Positions 1 through 11,862 are shown, numbered from the stretch's first letter. The stretch: DNA of 64,000 nucleotides from Microthyrium microscopicum (GCA_010405405.1 MU004231.1:3528401-3592400); one strand, 5' to 3'. Made by a program: numbers and translations. Notes: generated by a model not told the origin, from the letters alone.

Positions 1-673
1 GGCTTCTAGATAACTGCCGACTCAGCCCACAGAGGTAGCTTTGGAAAGTCATGGAATCTGGCTGCCTCCCAACTGCGGAATCTGTGGCTATTGGGATGCT
101 ATTAAGTGAACACGGTACTAGCGGCTCACGGAATATCATGTCTACCTACCTGATACTTGTAAAGCTATGTCTGCAGTTGACTCGAAACAACTAACGACTA
201 TGCAAGTTCTTCCAATCAAGTGCATTCATACCTATACCTTCCCTCGATTCTCATTCCGAACAAGAACGAGTCTTTATGACCTTGTCCCGATTTAGAGACA
301 CGGATGACGACTGTTACAGGTCAATTTCTAAGAAGCAAATTAGCAATACTATCCCAAGAAAGAGCAACTTGTCGTGCAACTTGTCGTCTCCCCTCTTTGA
401 GTGGCAGTTGGTATCCGGCGCTTCATACTTGGCTACTGTTACGGATAGAATTGGTTCAAAGAACTTTGCACTACATTCTAAAACCTGAAATAAGAGTATT
501 TCTTGATCGGTATGCAGGGTAATAGTGAAGAATAGTTCTATAGATATGGTTTGTGCATGGATTTTCATGGAACGGTACGACTATCAATTATTGACCTCTG
601 CACGTTGCTCAATTATTCGCTCCATCTTCCTATTCGGCTACCATTCGCATACTCGGTCCACACCGCTTGCGTA

Positions 674-1991
674 TTACAGAAGACCCTCAAAGTATCCTTC
701 GCTCTCGAGATCATCAATAAGTCGGATATACTCCTCATCTAAATGTTCCCAGCCCTCGGGCTTATCAAATACCAGAAAACGAGGTTGCATCTCAAAAGGG
801 TCTTGATTGCCGATCAGCCGCTTCCTCTCTGAAGGTTCTAATGCCCACAGCTGTGCTAGGGTAGAACGGTCCATCCTTGCTCCGAACTTATAGTTGTGGG
901 CGAAAGTGTACTCATAGCGTAGGACATTTGAGAACCAGAGCGGCGCTTCAATCCGGAAGGCACTGGTACGCTCAAAGTCCCTCCATGTCTGCTCAAGACC
1001 TACAGGACGCGTAGTGACTTTGAATTGACAATATTCTAACACAAAATCAGGTCGCTCTGGCGGGTCGACCCAGTGGGTATCCAGGCTCATCTGCCAGGCC
1101 ATCTTGTCACCCATCCTCCGGTAGCCATCTAACTCTGGGGACAAGTCTTCCTCCTCTGGGAGTGTTCTCGATGACCACCCACGATGTGTATATTTGGAAT
1201 GTAGTTGGGCGTAGTAATCTGTTAACCGAGCCAGTGGATACGCGTCGTGCTGAAGAAAAGTGGTTCGTGGAAACAATGCGAATGCCTTATTCCATGTAAT
1301 GACGTTCATAACTACAGTAGAGTAAAACGACCTGAGGATCATCCGAATTGGTGGGCCGTCTGCCGCTATGACTTGTATTTTCCGATTGTCCTTTGTGAAT
1401 GTAGCGATCTAGAAGGGATCAGAAGTTGCTGATAACGCGGTTTTGCGTCCTGAGGACTGATGACAGCCAGGTTTAAAGCAAAGTAGTGTAACAACACTCA
1501 CTATGAAGGCCACAGGTACCGTACAAATTGCAGCGACTTACCATTGTGAGATCAATATCGATGTAACCTATTCGTCCCTTCTCCTCTCCTTGAATATAAC
1601 CTTCTTCTTCGATCAGGTATTCGCACATGCACTCTGCGTCTACACCATCCTCAACGAATATATCCAGATCCGACTCAGGCCATGTGACGCGCTCGAGAAA
1701 TTGAAGCGCGAAGCTCCCGGAGATCAAGCCATTACATAGAGCGAGTTGGTTCCGAAAGCCAACTGGGTCACAAAGGAACGGCCGGAGCTTTGAATTGATG
1801 TTCCACTCTGATTCGTATATAGCGTTTCGGGCAGTATGACAAGTGCTAGCCAGTTGAAGAAGATCGGCAGTAGAAATATAAGATGTGAATGCTGTACGTA
1901 TTGGTCGAAAGCGGTCCGTGAGGAAGAGATCTAAAAATGTCGGCGTGGTGGGACGGTCCAGCTTGAGACGTTTCCGAGGCGGAGACAACAT
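674..1991 (-). CDS. Uncharacterised fungal protein (~394 aa): N-terminal F-box-like segment plus GS...DLD nucleotidyltransferase-like motif
   Basis: Exons 1991-1542 and 1408-674; intron GTAAGT...CTGATCCCTTCTAG joins the 172-aa and 222-aa ORFs in frame. F-box-like 'AFTSYISTADLLQLASTCHTAR'; motifs LISGSFALQF, WPESDLDIFV, FYSTVVMN. Confidence 0.8.
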
Positions 1992-2487
1992 ACTCAGAAT
2001 GATGTTACAGTGTGCTAGAAAGATGGAAATACAAAGCGCGTTCGCGTCGTTCCCAGGATAAATGGAGGAAGCACGAGCACATCACGAAGTCACGTTTTCA
2101 ATCATTGTTCAGGCCAGCAGATATTTTGACTCACCCAGGTTTCAATTATCACTTCCTCTTTGGCGGAAATTTTACCTAGAATAGATTCAGATATATTTTC
2201 GCTATAGGGGAGGGGGGTTTTCATGGCATTATCTTGTGCGGTACCATCTCCAAGATTATATTATATTTGATTAACAGACCGTGCTCCCCTTACCTTTGAA
2301 AATGGACCAATATTTGTTGAGAGATGAAAGTACAACCTTTAATCTACTAGAATCGTGCGGACAATCTTTTGTATGTAAAATGGAGCCAGTGACGGGCCAC
2401 ATTGCGTTGTGTATCACGAAGCTTAAAAGACCAATGCGACTACACAACATAGTTGCTCTCGTCCTTCTTGTTCTTCACTAATCAGTC

Positions 2488-3507
2488 ATGTTTTCACGAT
2501 CGAGCCTTGCTTTAGGCCTACTGGCCACGAGCTCACTGGTTGTCGCCGGCCCTTGCGACATCTTCGCTACCGGAAATACACCTTGTGTCGCAGCGCACAG
2601 CACGACCCGAGCTCTATACAGCGCCTTCACCGGTTCTCTCTACCAAGTGCAGCGTGCGGATGGGAACAAGACTGACATTAAGCCATTGTCACCCGGTGGT
2701 GTCGCCAATGCCGCCGCTCAAGACACCTTCTGCTCTGGCTCGCGCTGCCTTATCTCTATAATATACGACCAGTCCCCCAGAGGCAACCACCTCACAGTAG
2801 CTCCACCAGGCGGCTTCAAAGGCCCAGGTGCCAGAGGCTTTGATAACTTAGCAAGCGCAACAGCAGCACCAATCTACCTCAACGGTGCCAAAGCATATGG
2901 TGTCAAAGTGACCAAGGGTATTGGCTACCGCAACAACGTCGGCAAGGGCGTAGCAAGAGGTGATGCCGCGGAAGGCATGTACGCTGTCCTCGACGGAACA
3001 CATTATAACGGTGGCTGCTGCTTCGACTATGGCAACGCCGAGACCAACAATCTCGACACCGGTAATGGCCATATGGAGGCCATCTACTTCGGCAACAGCA
3101 GAGAGTGGGGCTCTGGAGCCGGCAAAGGACCCTGGATCATGGCAGATCTCGAGAATGGCCTATTCTCTGGTGCAAACCAGAAGAACAACCCAGGCAACCC
3201 AACGATCTCGCATCGCTTTACGACTGCCATCCTCAAGGGTGGTCCAAACAAGTGGGCGCTCAAGGGCGCTAATGCTGTGTCTGGTCCGCTGGCCACATTG
3301 TATAATGGTGCGCGTCCAAGGGCGCAAGGGTATAATCCGATGAAGAAGGAAGGCGCGATCATTCTGGGAATTGGTGGCGATAATAGCAACAATGCGCAGG
3401 GCACGTTCTATGAGGGTGTGATGAGTATTGGGTATCCATCTGATAGTGCTGAGGACCAGGTGCAGGCTGATGTCGTCGCCGCGAAATACAGCACAGGTGC
3501 CCAATAG
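2488..3507 (+). CDS. abfB: Alpha-L-arabinofuranosidase B (GH54), secreted, catalytic domain only
   Basis: Single exon, 339 aa. Signal peptide, then GPCDI...TPCVAAHSTTRALY, HYNGGCCFDYGNAE, WIMADLENGLF, GAIILGIGGDNS, GTFYEGVM. No C-terminal CBM42. Confidence 0.95.
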   Translation: MFSRSSLALGLLATSSLVVAGPCDIFATGNTPCVAAHSTTRALYSAFTGSLYQVQRADGNKTDIKPLSPGGVANAAAQDTFCSGSRCLISIIYDQSPRGNHLTVAPPGGFKGPGARGFDNLASATAAPIYLNGAKAYGVKVTKGIGYRNNVGKGVARGDAAEGMYAVLDGTHYNGGCCFDYGNAETNNLDTGNGHMEAIYFGNSREWGSGAGKGPWIMADLENGLFSGANQKNNPGNPTISHRFTTAILKGGPNKWALKGANAVSGPLATLYNGARPRAQGYNPMKKEGAIILGIGGDNSNNAQGTFYEGVMSIGYPSDSAEDQVQADVVAAKYSTGAQ

Positions 3508-3794
3508 TTCGAGAATCGAGGAACAAAAGTAGGAAATAGAATTCTACAACGGATTAGTTCTGAATAATCAAAAACTCACCCTTTAAAGCGCTGGAGACAT
3601 TGACTTCTCGAGTGCCATCTGTTGCGATGGTTGATCTACCCTTGACCACATGGGATTTACTGAAGTGCGAAAACCAGCTTTTACTCAAAGAGAAAATTTA
3701 GTGTTATCTTCGAGAGATGTATCTAGAGTTAGGAGGACGAAGTTTAAGCTCCTTGGAGTGAGAGTGGTGTTCAAATCAGATGTTGATTTATAGT

Positions 3795-3807
3795 GTCACG
3801 TGACTCA
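3795..3807. promoter_or_regulatory. Perfect palindrome GTCACGTGAC (E-box) overlapping TGACTCA (AP-1/Gcn4-type site)
   Basis: GTCACGTGACTCA at 3795-3807, ~100 bp upstream of the p24 start codon. Confidence 0.45.
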
Positions 3808-3906
3808 GCCCCTGGCGCCCAGAAAGGAGCCAACTTTCAAAGTTTCCAGATCATTGAAGATTGAAATCACCATCTCCACCAACTTCCCCCATCACATCAC
3901 ACAATC

Positions 3907-4713
3907 ATGTCGCCGTCAAGAACAAGAGGGTTAATACCCGCCCTCTCCTACCTCGCGCTCGCCGCTCTAATTCTCCCCACAAACGCCCTCTACTTCTACA
4001 TGCACGGCGGAGTTCCCAAATGCTTCTACGAAGAACTCCCCAAAGACACCCTCGTCGTCGGTCCGTCCACCCATCCCCTATCCTCCCCTTCCCCAACTAA
4101 CACCATTATTATCTAGGCCACTACGAAGTATCCCAATACAACGAAGCGACGCGCTCCTTCATCACCGACGCCGCCGTGCAACTCTCCATCAGCGTCGACG
4201 AAACCTTTGACAACGACCACCGAATCGTGTCCCAAAAAGGCGATTCCAAAGGCCGTTTCACATTCACCGCCGGTGACAGCGGCGAACACAAACTCTGCTT
4301 TACGCCCACGAACCACCACGCGCACCAGGGCTGGCTGGCCGGCGGGTCAGAGGTGGGCGGGATCAAGTTGAGTATTGATCTGGCGATTGGCGAGACGAGC
4401 AATATTGAGAGCACGGATAAGGGGAAGATTAGCGATATTGTTACAAAGGTTAAGGACTTGAATGGCAGGTTGCAGGATATTCGGCGCGAGCAGGTGTTTC
4501 AACGGGTATGTGTTACACTTTTCTTGCCAGATGGCGAGATTATGGGGTGCTAATGTTTTATAGGAACGTGAGGCTGAGTTTCGCGATCAGTCCGAGTCGA
4601 CGAATGCGCGCGCGGTTAGATGGACGTTGATTCAGTTGGCTGTGTTGGGCGTTACTTGTGCTTGGCAGCTCTCTCATCTGCGCGCGTTCTTCATCAAGCA
4701 GAAGCTGACCTAG
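3907..4713 (+). CDS. ERP1: emp24/gp25L/p24 family ER-Golgi cargo receptor (Erp1/p24-alpha type), ~230 aa
   Basis: Exons 3907-4060, 4117-4505, 4564-4713. ALYFY...[15 protein letters not shown] domain, [23 protein letters not shown] coiled coil, TM helix, FFIKQKLT* tail. Confidence 0.9.
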
Positions 4714-5327
4714 TTTCTTGCTGGGTTGACAGTCATCTTATCTGGGGCGCGTATTGGTGTCATGAGTGGCAACGACTGGTTCAAGCGACGGGGCAGCTTA
4801 TGCATTGCATCAAATACGCGGGGTTCACCAATTGTATAATATCTACACATTAACAGTTCACAATACGGAAGCGTTTTTGATACATTTGATTTTTATGAAT
4901 TGATGGTGAAGAAAAGGTAGTATCTACACACAAGAAAGCAAAGTCACCATGTTATAACCACCATCGCCAAACTTTACAAGAATCCAGGAAATACGAGCCC
5001 GTGAAGAACCGCCCCGCCAGATAGGTATGTATGAACAATTGGACGCTGAACCAGCTGGCCTGCAAGAAAATCCGGATATAGTAAAGTATACTACAGTTGC
5101 CTGCCGACAAGAAAAAAGCAAAAGTCACCCGTCCGTAACCCTTGGCAATCTAGGAATGGTATCACTGGCTGCGCATCTCAAGTACTAGTAGTAAACAAAC
5201 GCCTTGGGACGATCCCGTTCGCTATCTCACACACATATCGTGGTCGTGCGTCCCGTAATCGCGTATCGGCCAAATTCGAGTCGCTTCTTGCAAGTGTTGT
5301 TGACTTTGTCGGTTGTGGTTCTGTTGT

Positions 5328-5881
5328 TCAGATGGAGATCCAGATAACGCTAAGGACGATGTCCATGCCCAGCCGCGAGCCAGCATCGTATTTGAAGCTC
5401 CACATGCCGTCCTTGGCTTCGTTCCAGTATGCTCCGACAGAAGAGTACATGCCGCGCTTCTCTGGGCCCCCGCCGCCAGCTACGTTCTGGATGATGGTGC
5501 TGTTGATGGCAAACTTGTATGGTGGATTAGAGCCGTCGGCGGGAGTAGTGGCAGTGACGAGCGATTCCATAAGGTTGTTCTATCGAGTATGAGCAAGACC
5601 GATATATGTATCAAGCGGGAGTCCCGAAGTACATACAATGATGGTCTGATTCCATGTTTGGGCGGAGATGTGATCGTATTCGGTGGCACTGGCGAGGGCT
5701 TCCTCGCTGGCTTTGGTAGCGAGCTCCTTGAGCTGGGATTCGGCTAGAGGGAACTGTGTCTGGTCAGCATATTGTTCTTCAGTAGCAGCTGGGCAGCCGA
5801 CAGCGGATCAGGCGCGCTCGGCGGCTAGGTACCAGCGTTGCTATGGGCGAGGAGGTGACATACGCCGGTGGATTCAGGCAT
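5328..5881 (-). CDS. Dynein light chain, Tctex-1 type (~128 aa)
   Basis: Exons 5881-5864, 5753-5637, 5579-5328 with GTATGT donors. YDH...WNQTII, PPYKFAINSTIIQ, RGMYSSVGAYWNEAKDGMWSFKY, DIVLSVIWISI. Confidence 0.9.
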
Positions 5882-6654
5882 TATTATGAGAGATTATTGT
5901 ATTAGGAGAGTATGAGGTTGAGATAGGTCTAGATAAGCGGTAGAGGCAAGATCAGAGGGGTAAAGTGTTGGAGGAAAGGGAGGAACAGGCAGATTGTTGT
6001 GTGTGGGGGGAGAAGAGTGGAAGGTGAGGGAAATTTCAGAGGCAGAGTTGTTGTTTAGGTTCTCCGCTTTAAGGAAGCTGCACGTCAAGACCCCTGCAAC
6101 CCCATCACCTCATGCACCTAACTCGTTAAAGCTAAGGGTCCGCGCTCCGTCGACTCCGTAGCTTAAGGTACGTCACTACCAATATTTATATCACTAAGCT
6201 CCCCGACTAATCTTCAGCTTGCCAATCTCGCGTCTTCCGCCTATCGCTGTTGTGTTCGTTAAGCTACCAAGCCCTCAACATGATGCTGACCAAGCATCGA
6301 AAGAGCTTGGAGAGACGTTGATCCAGTCGACAACAGGATTATCCAACTGCCAGAGAGTGGAAGTTGGAATCATCTCCATCTTGATCAAGATCCTTTCTGG
6401 CCAATAACCGCATCAAACATCCACACGATACCACCGGGACACAAAAAGTAGAGGACCAAGCTATTATTTTAGCATTAAAACAAGACCGATGGTGCTCTCT
6501 ACCAGAGCAAAGCACCCCCAGTCTCCATTACGTTATACCCCTTCCGGCTTCGGCATGCATCCCAAAGCAAGCCGTAGGCAATTCAAGAGCTCATAGGTTG
6601 AAGCTCTATTTATGTACAGGAGCCTCCCGCGCGCGAAAGAGCAAGGATTCCATT

Positions 6655-7681
6655 CTAGCCTTCGTAAAACCATGCCGACCGAAGATTCCAGTAGACCTCT
6701 TTGAATTCCTGAGGCCGAGTTGTTACCATTTGTTGACATGTAAGCCCGGATGAACGACAGGTATTCGGAAAGCCTATGAGTGATCGGTCTTGCGGATGGG
6801 GATCGTCAAATGCTAGCATCGTGTTTGGCTCACAGAAGCCAATTTCGAAATTCTAATGAAGGTAAGAATGTTGATCGGCTGTAGGAGATATGGAGTCACA
6901 TCTTACCAACTTCATTGGAGCTCCAAGCGCAACACTGACATTGGCATCTTTTTTATTCCAACCATCCTTTGGAAGCTTCCTGACATCGATATCATCTGGG
7001 GCTTTGCCTCTGGTTGGTATCAACTTCGCAATCTCGTCACCCTGAAGATCAAAGATCTGCAAGTCCGTCGCATTGAATTTGACAACAAACACAACACCAC
7101 CATTTCTATTCGCATGAACCGCGAAAGATTCCTTGCCAGGGCGCTTATGGATTCGAGGCGCGCCTTGTATGTTGCCATTTGCGTAGCTCATCATATTCGA
7201 AGGGTCCCAACCGATAACCTCTGACATGATTATTCGCACCGGTCCTTTTTCCTTGCTCGGTATGTCGAAAAGATATAGGCCACCGTCCATGGCGCAATGA
7301 GGCTCCGGGACATGCGCAACATCGACGACAACTATGCCACTCCTGAGACCGAACTTTGACTGTAATGCGAGAGATTTGCGGCCTTTGGCTTTCGGACCCA
7401 GAATATCTGTCGAGTTTGGTCTAATCATCATGCCCTTCCCATCGCCTAACATGCCTGAGACCAGCGCATCTGAAAACTGGAGCCATTCTGTAAATCCGAA
7501 TCCAGGATCTTTGCTCTTGACATTGTAAGTATGCGACTTCTGTTCAAGGTGGATGACAACGTACCAGAAACGACATCTCAGTCATCCAATTAGACCCATC
7601 CAGCGTTTTCACCAGTTTATATTGCCATGATAATCGCGTCAAAGACAGCACCAAAACCACAAGATTCAGTAGATGCGTCAT
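6655..7681 (-). CDS. Secreted, highly diverged GH16 (fungal Lam16A-like) protein with degenerate catalytic motif (~307 aa)
   Basis: Exons 7681-7565, 7515-6907, 6852-6655, all phase 0. Signal peptide MTHLLNLVVLVLSLTRLSW. Colinear GH16 landmarks DPGFGF, GRKSLALQSK, GIVVVDVAHVP..C, NRNGGVVF, FEIGFC, TCQQMV..RPQEFKEVYWNLRSAWFY. EIDIIE is replaced by RIIMSE. Confidence 0.8.
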
Positions 7682-10600
7682 GGATTAAACGGCAACACAG
7701 TGTCACCTCATCGAAAAATATACTCGCAGTCGTGTATGCTCTTTCCGACTTTTCGAATCCATATCGCGCTATATTACAGCAAACGATAGTACTTCAACAC
7801 CATCGTGTCTCGCCGCCAGAAAACGAGAAAAAGATGACAAGGGCTCAGCAGACCCATTCAAGCGCTCCCTAACAGGACCTTCATCTAATACCCTTAATCC
7901 TACCGGCCTCCTTGGGCACGGTACATCGATTGCTGGGACATGGGTTCCATACTACAACATTGTAGTTTTCACCAATGATACGTGCATATAGAGGTAAATA
8001 CGACGTTGTAGGCAAGCTTATACAGCGCCGCATTTCACGGTCGTGAGATGGCAGTAATATAGATAGATTGCATGGCTTAACAACTACATCAAGCAAGACG
8101 AGTAGCTTGGTTCTAGGCCAAGCTGGATCTAATATCAATTGCGTATTAAGTATGATATCCTGGTTAGCCCTGTGCGAACGCGATAAGTATATGGATGGGA
8201 TTATGTGCATATTAAAACCACCAACTGCAAGTTTACGGTGCGCGGCGTAGAAAACCAGGTGATCAATGGACGCATAAAACTTGTTTAAAGCAGATGTCTT
8301 GATGATCGCTTACAAGTCCTAAGATATAAAGTTTTAAGCTTCCGGTGCTAACTTACAACCCGCTTTGCCCGTCTTGCCCGCAATCGCCTACCCGGGACTG
8401 GCGGAACGTTGTGTAAACTGATTGCACTACTTTTCTAAGCCTCCTTGCATGTAAATAGCCATGCGGGAAAACGGCATCACAAGTATCCGCGAACGGAATG
8501 TCAACCCACGGAGTGGGAAGATATCGGTCTTTTCTCCTGGGAGGAGGATTCAGAGCGCTTTGAAGATCTGCATACATGGGCTGTGAGATAAGGTTTGTTT
8601 GCACGGTTCTGGGATAGGTTGGTGTTGGATTTCCGAGGCGTTCTATGGATATGGATGTATATCGATAATCGGGGTATGTTGGAAGTGGGTTTTGATTGTT
8701 GGAGTTGGTTTTGCGGCATATGTGTGGAAAGCCACCAACCGTTCGACGGGGCTCTCATCAAGTGAACCATTCGCTATACTCTGGGACCAAAGGTTGTTTT
8801 CCAGATAATGCGTAGAATCGTCGAGTTTCTGGCGAATGCGCTGGGATTAAAGCATGTTTTCGTTATCAAGTGCGATGGAAGATACCGTAGTTGATGGGAG
8901 CGCGCCATTTATTTTGTTGAGCCGTTGAACCACCGTCAACTGGGAGTGTTAATACTGTTAGATGGTGGGAGTGATATATTGCTCTGCCTAATCGTATTCG
9001 ATATTTGATGTAAGTATCTAGGGTAATTTGGAAAGGGTGGATTGCTTGACAATTGATACAGCTTGTGTAACTTGGTCTCATACCAGCAGAGTGTTTATAC
9101 GATGTTGTAACGTAACTAGCAGTATTCCAATCCTAATGAATATCGTCTCCGGTATTACATTTAATGCAGTACCCTATAAACTGGGCTTCTTGTAATCTGA
9201 TGTGATTTTATCATTCGATGTAGAGTATGCCTTATTAGACATTGGGCAGGCAAACAGGCTGACTTAAAAGCACAACTAAATGCTTACATACTGATTAAAA
9301 AAATGATAGCAAGAGCATTGCCGAGTTTCCGACAAGAGAGGCTCATAAGGCTAGGAAGAAGATGGAATGCAGACACTCGCGCCCTTACTAGCAATGATGG
9401 GGCGATATGCAAGAGACATGCCGCCTCTCGACTGCTCGGTGTGTTTTGGAACAAGACGCACAAGACCACCAAGCTGTAGGGCAACAACTCTTGCAGTTGT
9501 GTTTGTGCAAGTTTCCTCTGCAAGATTAAGGTTTGACCAAGAATTTGGACCCCACTTGGTAAGACTTGGCCAGTGAAAAGTGCGAAGTTTTGGAGTTGTA
9601 TCCTCGTAGCAAATCTTGGGAGATCGATCCGGATATTCCGGAGGTTGGAATGTAGCTTTGAGGCTGGCTTCGGTTGAATGTGAAGGCATCATGACTCTGC
9701 GACGGGAATTAGTCTTTGAGGATGGTTCTTTGAGGGACCTCTAATTGTGGCAGGTCAGCCTGATGGATCATGGATTTTCATATACTCGTGAGATATATGT
9801 AGTACATAATACGAGGAATAAGATGCGGGAGGCAGGGATAGTGGGAGCATTGGGAATAAAGATCTAAATATATGCGTTTGTGTGTTCAGCTTCTGTACGA
9901 GTATCGCGTTCTCGTCATTGTCGTCAATGGACCTGTCTCAGTACAGCACACGTATCTATGATATTCAGGTCCAAGATGAAAATGGTTAATTAGTGATTCA
10001 ACAAAACACATACTTTTGCTCTGTCCGATTGCAGATGTCAGGAATGACAGTCGAGGTAGGGGCCAGTGATGAGGACTTGAGGAGAGGATGTTTGAAACCC
10101 TTGCGGACATGACAGTTGTGTCCACATTTAATGTTTCCTTGTCGTCCAACAGGAGCCAAGTTGTACCAAGAGATGGCAACCGAGTGCAGATGGACACGAA
10201 TAAGAGGACAGGATTTGAGCAAGGCCTTGTTTTGGGACGACTTGTTGCAGTGCCTCCAAGCCAAGAAACTGCTGATGCAAAAGGCCGAAAGGCCGACTCT
10301 CTCACCAACAAGAACTCTCAAAGACTCGAATTCCCGCTGCAAGATGTAGACGAGACTTGAGAGAGACCACAGCAGAGCAAAGGAGACTTGAAGACACGCA
10401 CCAGGATTGGAAGGTTATTGTTGAGAAGATTGGGCCAGAGTCGCAAACCAACCAAACGTGTCTAAGCCTCCTTTGGCGAAGCACCCTAGCTGCTAGCATT
10501 TCAAAACCATCGCCGTCTCTCCACCACCCACTCCTGTCGTCCACTCACCCTCCCACCCACTCCTCCGCCGCCCAAACCAATCCCTCCTTTGTCTTCATCA

Positions 10601-10851
10601 TCCAACTCCACACCGCTCGCTCCCGTCTTTATTCCCATCAGCACGTCGACTTATCCAACGACAACTCCATCTCTGTCGTCAAATACATCCATTGACCCTC
10701 GAATCGACATCCTCTCCCTTCCGCTTTCATCGTTGCCCATACCGATCGGCTCCCCCTTTCCGATCGACACCGCACTCTAACTGTCCCACATTGGGACTTT
10801 CATCCTTTGGCATCGTGACTTTCATTCTTTCGCGGGACACGTCCATCCATA

Positions 10852-11862
10852 ATGGCTCCTCAAGGACAAGATAACAGCGGTATTGTATTCATCAATGGAC
10901 CTCCGCCTCCGCCGCCTCCACCCTACTACAACACCTTTACAGGTCCCGACCCTCGATTCGCAGGTAGAAAACCCATGGACGCAACTCAATCTGCACCAAC
11001 TCCATCATCGCCAGTCACCACCACAGTTACTCAATCTCCATATGGACAGAACTCCGGTCCCTTCACGTCAGGCTATCCGTCACACGCCAGTGGAATGCCA
11101 CAGAATCACTCTCACGATAACGGCCACCACGGCATGTCACCGGCAATGATGGGTGCCGCCGGGGCTCTAGCGACTGTAGCTATTATATTCCTGGTGGGAG
11201 CTCTAGGTCTTTTCTTATGCCGAAAGACGAGGAAACGAAATGCGTCTACCAGACAGCAGAATCGCATGGACACATCCCCAGAAATGGCTGCTGTTAAGAC
11301 TGATGGCACAAGCACGCGTGCCGTTGACACTAGAGCATACATTGGACCTTCAGGCTCAATCCCATCACCAACAACATCTTCACCATCTTCAGCCTCGACG
11401 TCACCTATCATTCAACAACCGGAGGCTCCGGTCCTTTTGTCCAATGTTATCGATCAATCATATTACACCGGCATTGACACAACAGACCGATTTTCAGTGG
11501 TAGATCCATCTCATCAAAGAGATCCCGATGCAGGCGATGCCTCTTCACTTGCGGAGCCACCACCACCATACCGACCTCGCAGTATACCATCATTTTCAAG
11601 AGAGAATAGCGTGCGAGCGTCAGGCTCACTATCAGGCCGCCCGCCAAGCTACGGAGGGAAATTGTCAGTACGAAGTCAGCGAGAGCAACCAATAAGGTCA
11701 CCATTCGAAGACCCAGATCCAGATGAGCAGGAAACGCCAGTGTCACCTGTAGGCCCTTCAGCAAGCAATGCTTCCACTCGCACCCGCGACATGAGTGAGA
11801 TGAGCGACGTCTCGGAAGTTGATTATCAACAAGAGCCTACTGTGCCGCATTCATCAGTGTAG
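10852..11862 (+). CDS. Single-pass membrane protein, Ser/Pro-rich, with PY motifs (336 aa)
   Basis: Intronless ORF. Hydrophobic segment AAGALATVAIIFLVGALGLFLC followed by RKTRKR; PPPPY (twice) and PPSY motifs; pyrimidine-rich leader upstream. Confidence 0.8.
   Translation: MAPQGQDNSGIVFINGPPPPPPPPYYNTFTGPDPRFAGRKPMDATQSAPTPSSPVTTTVTQSPYGQNSGPFTSGYPSHASGMPQNHSHDNGHHGMSPAMMGAAGALATVAIIFLVGALGLFLCRKTRKRNASTRQQNRMDTSPEMAAVKTDGTSTRAVDTRAYIGPSGSIPSPTTSSPSSASTSPIIQQPEAPVLLSNVIDQSYYTGIDTTDRFSVVDPSHQRDPDAGDASSLAEPPPPYRPRSIPSFSRENSVRASGSLSGRPPSYGGKLSVRSQREQPIRSPFEDPDPDEQETPVSPVGPSASNASTRTRDMSEMSDVSEVDYQQEPTVPHSSV

Noticed and set aside
4931..5130. Direct repeat CAAGAAA(n)GCAAA(A)GTCACC at ~4931 and ~5108
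   Set aside because: Only two short imperfect copies in 3' UTR space, with no further structure.
6856..7224. 122-aa + strand ORF
   Set aside because: Antisense to the GH16-like gene, which has a signal peptide, splice sites and family motifs.
9284..10500. Several 70-140 aa ORFs on both strands
   Set aside because: No motifs, consistent splice model or codon bias; probably intergenic or leader sequence.
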